A stretch of 64,000 bases of DNA from Cenococcum geophilum (taxonomy: Eukaryota), in assembly GCA_050273025.1 (NCBI GenBank), contig CP158635.1, positions 11,284,001 through 11,348,000 on the forward strand, given 5' to 3'. Positions 42,143 through 53,743 of the stretch are shown piece by piece. How positions within the stretch are numbered: the first letter of the stretch is position 1; every line of letters starts with the position of its first letter. The notes beneath the pieces were generated by a model. That model searched no databases, was not told where the DNA came from, and saw only the letters and a program-made list of their open reading frames with translations. The position numbers and the translations under genes are program-made.

Positions 42143-42331
42143 AGCTGCTCCTACCTGCAGCTAAACCTTAATTCGACCACTACTGCTCCTGCCTGCAGTA
42201 CCACAATTGACTTCTGCTGCTACGCCCGCAGCACTACGATCGACCCTCGCTGCTCTGCCTGCAGCATTCCAACTGACACTTGCTGCTCTGCCTGCAGCAT
42301 CTCATTGACTACTGCTGCCCCACCTGCAGCA
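42143..42331 (+). repeat. Six ~33-bp units, each containing a stem-loop (TGCTGC-N7/8-GCAGCA type)
   Basis: Stems start at 42143, 42181, 42215, 42249, 42281 and 42313. Confidence 0.85.
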
Positions 42332-42413
42332 AATAACTACAACTGTACAAGAGGTAGAAGACAAGCACCTAAGGATAAAGCTTGAGGGCAAGCTTTTTTG
42401 AAGGGGGGGGTAA

Positions 42414-42615
42414 TGTTACGGCACTGACGCGCGTAACCTGGATAGGGCCTAGTCAGGGGGGTTCGCTTACGTCTTGGCTCCATGTATATAGACGTGTCCT
42501 TTCCACGACCTTCTTCTTCTCCTCATCTTGATATCCGGGTCAATAGACTACCAATTGTACAGGCTTGCATACGTTCTACGGCGCTCATGCCTCGATTGAC
42601 TGAGTCGCTGTGACA
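42414..42615 (+). repeat. 3' LTR
   Basis: Identical by eye to 40956-41157. Confidence 0.97.
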
Positions 42616-43753
42616 GTGACATAGCGGGGCCAGGTTATTTTATTTGCTATACTAGCAGGGGGGGCATCTAACCCATTTATATTACCCCCTTATAAACGTC
42701 CTGTCTCCTTTACAAAGTAAATTATAGCTTTAACCGCGCTAATGTCTAGGAAACGCCACCTCGACAAGGGTGTGGCCGGTATAGGTCGGCTACCTCCCTA
42801 TTTATAGTGGCAATATCTAGTCAAGTTTACTTTAATTACCGTTATATATCGCTTATAACCACACTTATATAACCTAAAAAGTATTCGCCTAGCCCGCTAT
42901 TATTACACAACGCTAGTGTTATAATGACTTAAGCGGTAGGGATTCTCCTTAAGCAGCGGCAATAAGATAAACCTAATATTAAACATTATCGTCTAGGCAC
43001 CTATTTCGCACCTATCTAGGGGTTTATATATATATATATATCAATTAGAAGTCCGTGCGCAGATTTTAGGTAAGGAAAACTTATATAAAGATTAATCTAT
43101 AAAGAAAATAAGGCTATATATACACGGTAGTCCTATAGTAAAGGAACACTATTTCACGTAATAAGAACGATCTCCGTAACTTAAGCATAATAGCAACAAT
43201 ATAATCGTAATTTTTAGGTAGGAGAGGTCTTTAACGTTTATAAATAGCTATAATATAAAGTATATGCAGAACTATAGCAAATATTAATATATATAAAGAG
43301 ATTGAGTTACTAAAAGTTAAAGTACCCCTTATATATCCCGGCTTGGTGTGTCTCGCTTTATAGTAGGGGACGTTAATAAGTACAATATTAGTAAGATTAG
43401 GGGCCGGTCTACCAGGTTTAAGGCAATTTGGTAATATAAATTATAGCTACTAAAGCGGATCCCTATTAGGCCTATACGGACTACGCCTTATATATATATA
43501 GGGAGAAAACTCCGTCTAAGAAAACCCCGTATTCCATCTCTCCGCCATTAAGCCCCACCTATATAGTACCTACAGGTTGCCTATCCTCTATATCCTTACC
43601 TTTAGTCTCTTTAGGGACCGCTACTACCTATAGACGCGCTAGTATTTTAAATTTTTGCTCCACTACTATAATGCTCTTAAGGGGCGCCTGTTACTATCCG
43701 CCCCCTTACCTTCTACCGCTATTCTTCCTAGCTAGAAGGTATGTAAATAAGGG

Positions 43754-44137
43754 CTAATCAAGACGCCTTTTAGTATTAGGGGCCTTCGCAGCCTTTTAAG
43801 AGGCGCTAATTTAGTAAATATTCCCTTTAACGGGTTCTTTTTAGCCGTACTAGGGCTGAAGTCTAATAATATCTTTTAGGCTGGCGAATAACGACGCTAT
43901 TATATAAATGGTTAGCTTTATATACAGGAGGGTAAGAAAGTATATTACCACTTCTTCTATAGAAAAAGGCTAGGAGGTATATAGCGTAGAAGTATATATA
44001 TAGTATTTACCCTACCTATAAATAAGAATATATATATTCGCACTATACTATATACTAATTTCATAGGCTCTCTAAAGGAAATTATTCCGACGTTTACGGA
44101 ACAATTCCTAGACTACTCTTTTCTTTTTATCTACCAT
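43754..44137 (-). pseudogene. MADS-box (SRF-type) transcription factor relic
   Basis: MVDKKKRVV(Q)ELFRKRRNNFL(Q)RAYEISI(Q)..ANIYILI.R(Q)GKYYIYTS...(W)P matches the MADS-box pattern. Confidence 0.7.
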
Positions 44138-44383
44138 AATTTTTAGGGTTAATGCTAGGATTAGGCACTTGCTTCTTTATAAATTTTTACCTACCTAGCC
44201 TAGGACGGCTTTATACCCTACACCTAGGTATAAGCTAAGGAAACCAGATACTACTACCCTTAGAAAATTACGGGCATTATCTCTTACACTTCGCTACCTT
44301 TAGATTTAGCTTATAATGTCTTTAATGCTATATTAAGTAATACTACATTTAAGTTCTACTCCGCGCCGCATAAAGGTAAAAAA

Positions 44384-46128
44384 ATGCGACTTATAATAAA
44401 CGTTACCACATAGTATACGGCTGTAGTAGTGGGCGGCTTTACGCTTCTACTACTATACCGCGTAATCTCTTATATTATACGTTTTCTCTATACCTTATCT
44501 ACCTTCTTCCTTTTAAAATATCTTATTTATCCTTATATTTAGCGAGGAAATACTATACCTAGGAGGCCAACTCGAATTTTTCTTTTAAGCGTCACCTTAT
44601 ACGTTATTACCAACGTTTTATACATAACTATTAGAGTTAGATCCTTTGCTTAAATCGGAACACGCGCTAGTATAATATCCCTTACTAATATAATCCCAGT
44701 CGTAGCGGGATCGCTTAGCATAGTCGCCAATTACCTCGGCGTTTCTATGCAAACGTAATATAAAATCTATACATATATAGGAACAGTCACTTTTCTACAA
44801 GGGTTAGTCCATACGGTCACTCCATTTATAAATTAACAACTATTTATACTTAATATATCGGGAATTTGGGGGCTTATTATACGTTTAGCCCGCCTTTAAA
44901 CTATCGCCCAAAAGCAAATTAACTTTTAACGCCAGGGAGGCTCATCATTAACATTAATATACCTTCTTTCTACTTATTTTATTTAGAGGGCTGTTTACGA
45001 ATTTTTCTTTCAGTTCTATACGCTTCTCTCTAAGATCTTTATCTTTGCTCTTTAGCTTTATATTAAGGGGAACCAAACAGCAGAATTATATCTACTTATT
45101 AGGGCATCTACATAGGCTTCCTCTATAGCCTTAAAATAGATCTTCTACTTATACCGGAACTTTTCTTAGAACAGATCTCAAACCAAAGCAGAAGTAATAT
45201 AAAAAAGTGGAGCCCTTTATGTCTTAGTTTATATACCTAGACCCTAGAAAGTAAAAGCTAGCTAATATATTTACCTTTTTGTTCCTAAAGCTAGCTTCTA
45301 GTCTATCTTCTAACGTTACCCTTTTATAATATTAGGCTGGGATAGTAACTTAGATCGATTAAAGATACATTTACTTATTAAACCCCGGCAAGGGTTTACT
45401 AGAAAGCTTACGAGTTATATAGATACTTTAATATCGGCATTTATTGACGGGCCATACGGGGTTAGATATAATTTTAGCAATTTTAGAACGGTACTAATGT
45501 TTATAACTAGTATTGGAGTTACTAGCCACCTAGTATATATTAATAAGCTTATTTAAGGCTACAGACGTTATAAAGTTAAAACGAGGCGGATAGTACTTAT
45601 ATGGGAGCTGGATACAGATGGTACATTTACCTTAGGTTAGACTGGATTAAGTGCTAATACTATCAAACTAGGTCAGCAATTATAGGTAAAACTATTTATA
45701 GATCAATTACTAATAGATAATACTAAGGAATACGTAAGTAGCACTCTATATATATAAGAGCAAACCTAAGTAAGTTAATAGAATATTAAGGTTAAAATAT
45801 ATCTTCCTTAAATAAAGGAACCTAAAAAAGAATATAGTAAGAGAATTAAGGCAATATAAGGGAGGCTAAATATTACAAATGTTCTAAAAGAGAAATTGGC
45901 AGTACTTAATAAAAAAACAGTAATATCAGGTAGCAAGTCCACGTTAAGCCTATGCTAAAGCTGCTAATTTTATGTCCAGTCAGTGCAAGAATAGATATTT
46001 GGGATAAAATTCGGGATTACGTTTCTTATAACCTTTATCAGGATTTACGCCTAGTTAACTTAGAATTTTAGCCTCTAAATAGCCGTTTAAAATAGCTCGA
46101 TTTCTCTTATAAAGGGCTCCCTAAGTAA
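44384..46128 (+). pseudogene. Ferric reductase / NADPH-oxidase-like (FRE) relic with introns
   Basis: N-terminal TM part (..TWY..VVGGF...FFLLK.L.YP...GTRAS..SL.N.IP), then LLI.PRQGFTRKL, AFIDGPYG, TVLMF.T.IGV..HL.YI..LI.GY..C.VKTRRIVLIWELD and C-terminal LEF(Q)P. Confidence 0.85.
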
Positions 46129-46579
46129 ATTAGTAGCAAGTACTGTAGAGTCTTAGTAGACAGATATAAAGAAATAGGGATTATATAGCAAGTGCTTAGA
46201 GGATTTCTTTATTAGGCTCTTATAACTATTATCTTTATTTTTATAAAAATAGCTATAGTATTCATAGCTTAGATAAGAGAAATTAGGTATAAATAGCGTC
46301 CGTTCTAAAGTATACCGCTACTATGTCTATATATTATTATATAAGTGAGAATCTATAAACGCTCTAGAAAACAAGAATCCTAATAAATAATTTACGTTCT
46401 ACTTAAGATATATTAAAATAAGCGAAATAACTACTATATTCGTGCTACGTATAGCGAAACGTAATACCTTTCTAGCTAGCAATCGTCTAAAAGCACCTAG
46501 GTATCAATACCAACACTAACGCACCTAAGGATAACGTTACTGCAACTAAGCGAAGGAGGGATCGGAATGATTTAACTTA

Positions 46580-46650
46580 CCCATCTTATCTACCTCATCC
46601 ACCTCATCCACCTCATCTACCTCATCCACCTTATCTACCTCATCCATCCG
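46580..46650. repeat. 9-bp tandem repeat (CCTCATCCA)n
   Basis: cctcatccacctcatccacctcatctacctcatccaccttatctacctcatcc. Confidence 0.8.
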
Positions 46651-46912
46651 GTTTAATCACTTTATCTACTTTATTACCCGCTTAGGCAACCCTTAAAAAG
46701 AGACGCCCTCTAGAACGAAACGCCTTTTACTACTATATAATATAAGCGGGTTACGGGTAGGTTATAATAAATTATAGTATTTCTATTATTAGTAGATCTT
46801 AATAAATAATATATTATACTAATGCCTTTATTAATGGAGTATAATAGATTATACAAATAACAGTCTCTAAATTCACTCTATAAATGTAATTTAAGAAGCA
46901 TTCTATAAAGAT

Positions 46913-49237
46913 ATGCGTTTTTAGCGTGGCCTAAGTTCCTATAAGGGCGAGCCTAAGCTTTATTCTTTAGATTAACTCTTACACCCAAGCCTTAATCTTA
47001 GTGATATTCGCCTATAAACTTTCTACTTATACACACAACTGCAAATCCACATAGTATTTAGCGACTAAGTAGTAATATAGGAAAAATATTTAGCGACCGT
47101 ATATAACAACCAGACCTGTTACTATAATAACGGCAAATATTAAAAAGTGCGGCTTACGGCGTATAGAAATTAATGCTAAAGATTAAAAAGCTGGGTAAGT
47201 GGCCGATGCCGAGCCTATAGATAAGGGAGATGAACTTAGAGCAAATTCCCTAGTTATTTATAGATATCCTAACGGAATTTCCAAAGGGGTTATATTACGC
47301 CATTTCGGTTTAGGTAAGATAACAACGCTAGGCATATTTATAGTACCTATAACCAGGTAGCCATTACCACTAAGGGTAGTAGTTATGTCTGGATAAAGAG
47401 CTCCCGTTTTAGAGGCAAGCTATATCTAGGTTATATAGTGAAGTAAAGTTTTAAATATAGTCCTAGTTATATTTAGTAGGACTTTTTAAAGATTTTAGAA
47501 ACGCTACTTACTTCGTTAACTAGGAATCTAAACAATTACAAGTTACTTACACAGCGATCATATATAGAAAGGTAATTAATTTAAATAGCATTACAGTAAA
47601 AATTCCAAGAAATGCTTATATATTTAGATTGAACAGGTATAATGCGGTAGTTATATTTATACTAAAGGATAAGCAGAAACAGAAAGTGGCTAACTTGCCT
47701 TAGTCCGGAGATATTTTAAATATAGTTTAGATCCGCCGCGAATAGCTAATATCTAGGCCCTCCTAAATAAGAGGTTACTATAAAAGTGATCCTTAACTAA
47801 TTCTTCCTTTTCTATAAGCCTAGTACTAAATAATAGCCAGCAAGTATAGAATGGTCTAAATATTAACATTACGAGGACTCTATATATTAGGGTGACTTTA
47901 CGGCCAAATCTAATAAATATATTAGTAAGAAAGCTATATTTAGCAATAGGCCCTCTTTCTTAAAAATGCTAAGAGTTAAAAAAACAACTCGCTCCAAAGT
48001 AAAGGAAGGAAATGCCAAGGTTGTTTAGCAGTAAAATGAAATTAAAGCTCTAAAACTTTAATTAGCGGCTGCAAAGGAGAAGAAGAGTGGAGAAGGGAGT
48101 AGCGAGTAGAGTAAAGAGGATAAAAGAGAAATTGAAGAATTAGATAGAAAGTTATAGGAGTTAACGTAGGATAGCTAAATAGTATTAGATAACGAAGATA
48201 GTAGAAACGGCGTAGGCTCTAAGGGCGTAAATGAAAGGCCTATAGAGTCTATAGAGCCTAATGAAGAGAGAGAGGCGCTTTTTATTCTAGAGCTATGGGA
48301 TATAGACCCCTAGGGCGTAAAACAAACGCCTATAAAATAAGAGCCTCCGAAATAAGAGTATATAGGGTTAAGGCCTGCTATAAAAAGCGAGTTATAGGAT
48401 AAAGTTTACGGGGAGCCACTTTATATCGCCGCGAACTCGCAACCTAATTATAATACTACTTATAGGTGCACCATTGCATAGGCAGATGATTAAAAGGAAG
48501 TCATTAACTGCTACGGTCCGCGTAATGCGTCTATCTATAGAATTATAAGAGGGGAAGTAGAGGGGGATTACGCATTTCCTCTAAAGGAAAAATATACCAA
48601 CCCTAATTTCAGACTTAGGGAGGTAAGAAGACCAGACGGGAAATTTCTATACACTATTAAGAATATTACTTGCCTTTATATAGTCGCGTGGAAATCCAAG
48701 TACCTAGAAAACCCTTAAGAAGATTTAAATTTAATTTATTGGAATAAAGCAATAAAGCCAGTAAAACGGTTTCCTACTACGTATATTCTGGTTAACTAGC
48801 GCATAGACAAAGGACTAAAGCAGTATTAGGAGACTAGAGGAACTATTTAAAATAGGTACGGCACTAAACTAGCTAATTAAATAATTTATTAAGTAGCTAA
48901 ACAGGCTAAGCTAAGACTTAAGGAGCACTTAACTAGTATACGCCTAGCTGTAGACAGATCTCCTATACCTAGTATTCTCTTCCTAACGTCTCAGCATTTC
49001 CGCAACATTTTAGGTACTCTGGCTCTGACTAGAACTCCGGCTCTAATTAAAACTCTAGCTTTGGCTATAGGGGCAGCTAATATAGCCACATTGACCGCTA
49101 TCCTTAAAAATTTTAAGAAACTCTACTATAAGCTATCCGGGGTTAATAGTTTTAATAAACTTGACCCTATAAGTAAGGTAGGATAAATAGACGCGTAGAA
49201 GATAGAAAGGGTAAGGTATATAACAATAGCTATCTAA
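46913..49237 (+). pseudogene. Large hypothetical protein relic (possibly two genes) with an acidic linker and a C-terminal 'YGP...VAW...PTTYILV.W...WETR...DRSP' domain
   Basis: Long frames broken only by TAA/TAG. I recall this motif from fungal accessory-region proteins of unknown function. Confidence 0.55.
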
Positions 49238-49965
49238 TTCTTCCCTAATAGTTATTTATTTTATTTTTTCTTATATAGCTTAAAAACAAAAGACAAAAAA
49301 AGAAACTTAGAAGGGGGGCGTTTTCTTATTTAAATTTTATTTGTCTTATAGCTTTCCTTTATTATACTTCCTCTTCTTTATTTATAAAATAACTATACTA
49401 TAAATAAAACTACTCTTTAGTGTTATTTATATCACAAGCCTTACGTTTAAAATCTTACCTCCTATTAAATGCGAGATTCTTTACAAACATAAATTCCTAT
49501 ATAGCATTGCCACGATTTACAAAAAGCATATAAAATCTCTATAGGTTTTTATTTATAGTGCCTTAATATAAACTATATTTCCGTTTAGTGTATTCTTTAT
49601 AGCTAGTTATTTTAACATATTAAACTAACTTACTTAATCCGCCTAATCTACCTAATCTATCTAATCTATCTAGTCTACCTAATTTACCTAATCCGCCTAA
49701 GCCATCTAAGCTACCTAGTCCTTTCAATCCTTCTAGGCAGTAATACCTACGCTTCCCTATTGCGCCTTACACTAATCGACATAGATTTTAAGACGGTGGG
49801 ATAGTACCGCTAGGGAACAAGTCCTTTTTCCGTTAATGCCTCTATAACAAGGCGTACTTAGTAGGGCTCAATCTATTAAATACTAAAGAACTATAATAAA
49901 TTGGCGAAGAATGACTAAGGTAGGCCTTAGCGACTCTAAGCTAAAGCTAAATCGTACCCTACTCA
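49175..49965 (+). repeat. Segmental duplication copy A (copy B at 53274-54725)
   Basis: Colinear similarity: acgcgtagaagata...aaagaaacttagaaggggggcgttttcttatttaaattt...gcattgccacgattta...ggcgtacttagta...agcgactctaagctaaag. Confidence 0.9.
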
Positions 49966-51363
49966 CAGCTTACTTTAGCAATTAAAAACCCTTAAATTTA
50001 GCTTTATAAAAAGGCTTATATAACTATAGAGTCGGTAAGGCATATATTAAAGCTCTATAACGGTAGTATAAATACCTATCTAAGAAGTTCATCTATTTAT
50101 CAATCCTCCAGCTTAAGACGTTTCGCTATAGGTTATATAAACTCAAAGACTAAGAAACCGGAGCATCCGATCCCTAAGACTGCTTTCAACCCAGTATAAG
50201 CTAAGCACCTTCCTCCAGGATATAAGTAAACGATATATTCCGTTTTTAAATATTTTATAGACACATACCCGAATGTTTTAAGTTATCGTTTTAAAATCCA
50301 TATCTACGACGGCCAGATATCTTAACTAGCTAATATCGCGACCTAAAAATGCGTAGTAAACCTAATCTACCTGGCCCTAAAGCTTTAGGGGGCAAAAGTC
50401 ACTGTTTAGTTTATATTATACTCGAATCCAGCCTTAATAGATAATGAATTAGCTATAGCACTTGGCCTTATAAACGATATATTGTCCTGCGCGAGCTTTA
50501 TAGATCTTTGTAACCTATAGACAGATCGTAAAAAAGAGCTAAAGGACAAGCATAATAAAGGAGACTTTTAGGGCGCAAGTTGTAGGGGGGAGCTTAAGGA
50601 CAAAGAGGATAATAAAATTGTCTCTCTTATTAGCAAAGCCATCGCCAAAGGCACGCAATTAAAATCCAAAGGGGTTAATAGTAAGACTATTATGGCCAAC
50701 ATCTACCAAGTGCTATACTTAGCACGTTATCGCTACCACAAAGGCTAGAACCTTAATAATTATATAATGAAGCGTAATGGTTTATAGGAAGACGCGTAAT
50801 GGCATAAATCTCAGGATAAGGCGTTCGTTCTCCCAGCTCGGTTTAAGTCTCTTTTCGCTAGCGCTATATAATCCTTTTAGGCAGCCGCGGAAACAGCTAC
50901 AGTCCCAATAGAGCACATTGTCTTAGTCCCTAAGGCTATTATATAAACAGCGATATTAAACATTAAACTTACGGCTAAGAGTGTAGTTAGCTCCATTAAA
51001 CAGTATAATAAACTGCATAATACTAATAGGACTTAATAGGATCTTTTTGGGATATCTATAGTTCCGATCAGCAGTAAACTAGGTTAGCGATCGAAATAGC
51101 AAAGTATAGATAACCTATTTACTAAAGAACTAGACTTCCTAAATTGCACCCCAGTTAGTGGTGAAATTCGAATAAATAGGCCTGGGTACGAATTTCTGTC
51201 TAAGATAATCTTAGGCGCAGTTAATAAATCACTTAATTGTGGCAAAAAGCTGCAACTCTATAGGAATGAACTTTGCGAGATTCCTTTTAAAGAGGATATA
51301 AAAAAGTTCCTTAAGTTTACAGGGGGAGAGCGTAACAGTTTACCAATATTAAGGGCGCTGTAA
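49911..51363 (+). pseudogene. Hypothetical protein relic
   Basis: Begins ATG ACT AAG, continues in long frames with only RIP-type stops, and ends ...FLKFTGGERNSLPILRAL-TAA. The frame shifts once (intron or indel). Confidence 0.5.
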
Positions 51364-51546
51364 CAGTTTAGATAGTGACATTAATATTATTTAGTATTTT
51401 TATTATTTATTTATCCTATAGTAGGGACAGTAAATATTATTGCTTACCCTTACTATATTACCTATATCTTAATTCTACAATTAATATTTAGGCCTCCTCC
51501 TTTCGTCCTTATTTATAGAATATAAATGCTAAGTTACTTATTGTTT

Positions 51547-53068
51547 ATAATAATAATAATGAAGTTTATTCCACCCGGAGGCACTAAGCCTAAAGGGTAC
51601 TAGTATTATATTATATAATTTCACTTCCTTTAATATCGCTATATTCTTATACAAGCCCATATATCTACCTTATTTAGTACTTCCTAGTCTTACTTATACT
51701 TTATTCTACAAGATCTTATAAATAGTTAGTAGCAAGTTGTCTTAGGGTCTATTCCTCCAAGTATTCAGTGTCCTATCTTCGGCGATTAAAGCGAGATCTG
51801 CTAGTAGCACAAGGGTGCGTAGTATAGGTTAGTTAAAGCGTAGAGGAGGGGGGGGAGTTTCTAACTGTGGTGGACGGGTTATTGATTTAATTCTACCTTA
51901 AGTCATCTGGTAGCTATTGCGTATTTTACTATCGCTCGGACCGCGTCCATATTTAATATCTACTATCTAGAGTTAGTTAACGCCTTCCCCCCAAAATAGA
52001 AGGATAAGCTGCCTCTTCTTATATCTATTTACTGCAGCATTTACTCTTAATATAATATCCATTTTATACACCTAAAGAGAAAGTATTTAACTATTTCTCT
52101 TACCTATCCGCAATTATATTAATCTAATTCTGCCGCTCCAATGCGGTGCAGATACCTATTAAGTTATATTATTCCTATCTATAACTAGGCCAACACATTT
52201 ACCTCTTCTCGCTTAAGGGAGTTATATAGCCTACGGGTATATTTACCTAGTAGTACTATGTCCATTTTTCTTAAATACCTTCCTACTCCTTCCGGTAGTG
52301 TTTTCCTACCCCACTATTTTATTCTTGCGGTGTTTATTATTATAGCCTTAGCCTAATATTATTGTCCTCGCGGTAGGCGTCCTTATATAGTAGCTCGCCG
52401 TACTACTACTTTTGCCTTCTTACCTAGTTCAAACTCCCCTTAAGGGACCCATGCAATAAAAAAACAGTTACTTCTTTACCTTAACGTGCGGGCTATATTA
52501 TAGATCTATACAATACTTATTTAGCTAGATTATTGCTTAGGTTAGCTAATCGCCAGTAATACTACCTAATTACTAGTAAATATAGTAATCTATCTCTCCT
52601 GTAGATCTGGTAGTAAGCACCTTATTACTATTAATATTGCCGCCAGTTTAGCTATATATAGGTTCTGTTCTGCTCTTAGTCCTAGTATAATTAAGTATAT
52701 AACAGCTTCCCTATTTAGCGTATTGCTAAGGGTGTTATAGACAACACCTCCCATCCCCACCATGCCTCTCCTCCTGGACGAGCTTGTTGCGATCTATATG
52801 CCTTAGGTGGAGTTAGCGGCTTCAGTTACCCTATCTTTATCTAGGTTAATGCTTATAGGCAGTCGGTCCTCCTATAGTAGTACTACGTAGGGCTAAATGA
52901 CCTCTATCTTATCTATTGGTATATGTTAATGTATATAGGCTATCTTCTACAGTGGGGACATAAACCTCTAGAGCACCTTTATACGGAGCCTTAAGAGCGG
53001 GTTCGTCTTATACAGCGTATTAAGGTCGACCTATAACTTAGTGGCCCTCTCTAAATGCCGCTCGCGTA
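51547..53068 (-). mobile_element. 5'-truncated fungal LINE (Tad-like): RNase H plus C-terminal zinc-finger region and 3' tail
   Basis: De-RIPed minus frame ...GVGRY.RKMD..LPGKHTRRLYDSLKREE.NVLAQL.TG...LN.YLHRIGAAE.DQC.CG..RET.KHFLFRC.KW. The 3' end shows AATAAA followed by (ATT)n at ~51547-51570. Confidence 0.85.
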
Positions 53069-53268
53069 TGTCGGGAATATAGGGAACTGGTCATTATATA
53101 AAGCAAATTGCCATCACATATAGCAAGTTGCCGTCACGTGTCGCCGCGGCACTAGCGTGGCGAGGAGCCTTAAGCTCCTCGCCCTTCCTCATTCCTAAAG
53201 TATATAATAAACAACTATTATACTATCTACAAACCGTAGCTATATAATATTACCTTATAAGACCAATA
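53069..53268 (+). mobile_element. Family B LTR, 200 bp, without a matching TSD
   Basis: Termini tgtcggga...gaccaata, homologous to 27383-27582. The flanks gcgta and gttta do not match. Confidence 0.8.
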
Positions 53269-53354
53269 GTTTATAAGGTAGAATAAGTAGACGCGTAGAA
53301 GATAAAAAGGGCAAAGCATACAGCAATAGCTATCTAATTTTTCCCTAACAGCTC

Positions 53355-53580
53355 TATTACGGCACTGGCAGAAAGCGGTAGCTATAGTAGACGTTATAGT
53401 AGACGTAGGGCTTACGTAACTCTTACGTAACTAGGGGATTATATATAACTCCTCACGTTACTACTTATCCTTTCCTTTCCTTTTCTTCAGCTTTAGATTC
53501 TTGTTTATAGACAATCCAATTATATAGGCTTGCGCGACCCTTTTACCATACTTATAGCTTAATTAACTAAGTTGCTAACA
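53355..53580 (+). mobile_element. RIPed solo LTR, family A, 226 bp
   Basis: Termini tattacggcactgg...aactaagttgctaaca with a perfect TSD AGCTC. Absent from paralogous copy A. Confidence 0.9.
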
Positions 53581-53743
53581 AGCTCTTTAATTATTTTTTT
53601 CTTATATAGCCTAAAAATAAAGGACAAAAAAAGAAACTTAGAAGGGGGGCGTTTTCTTATTTAAATTTGTTTCTTTTATAGCTCTCTTTTATTAGTATTA
53701 TTTAGTATTATAAGCCTTACCTTTAAAACCCACCTCTTATCGA

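Larger units (their letters stand above)
40956..42615 (+). mobile_element. Intact non-autonomous LTR retroelement (TRIM/LARD-like, Gypsy/chromovirus-type ends), 1,660 bp
   Basis: Two 202-bp LTRs (40956-41157, 42414-42615) appear identical, with TG...CA ends. Perfect 5-bp TSD GTGAC (40951-55, 42616-20) and PPT gaagggggggg at ~42400-42410. No gag/pol motif in the 1,256-bp interior, and not RIP-skewed like the flanks. Confidence 0.97.
40880..42694. repeat. Older ~60-bp inverted repeat pair (arms 40880-40940 and 42633-42694) split by the LTR element
   Basis: The left arm tataaggggataacatcaatgcgttagacgccccccctattagtatagg is approximately the reverse complement of the right arm ctatactagcagggggggcatctaacccatttatattacccccttata. 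Confidence 0.75.

Noticed and set aside
42143..42331. CRISPR-like appearance of the hairpin array
   Set aside because: The context is eukaryotic, the repeats are degenerate, the spacers are short and related, and there are no cas genes.
41237..42385. Five short ORFs in the ORF track inside the LTR element
   Set aside because: They overlap on both strands, are low-complexity, lack gag/pol motifs, and are explained by GC-rich tandem repeats in un-RIPed DNA.
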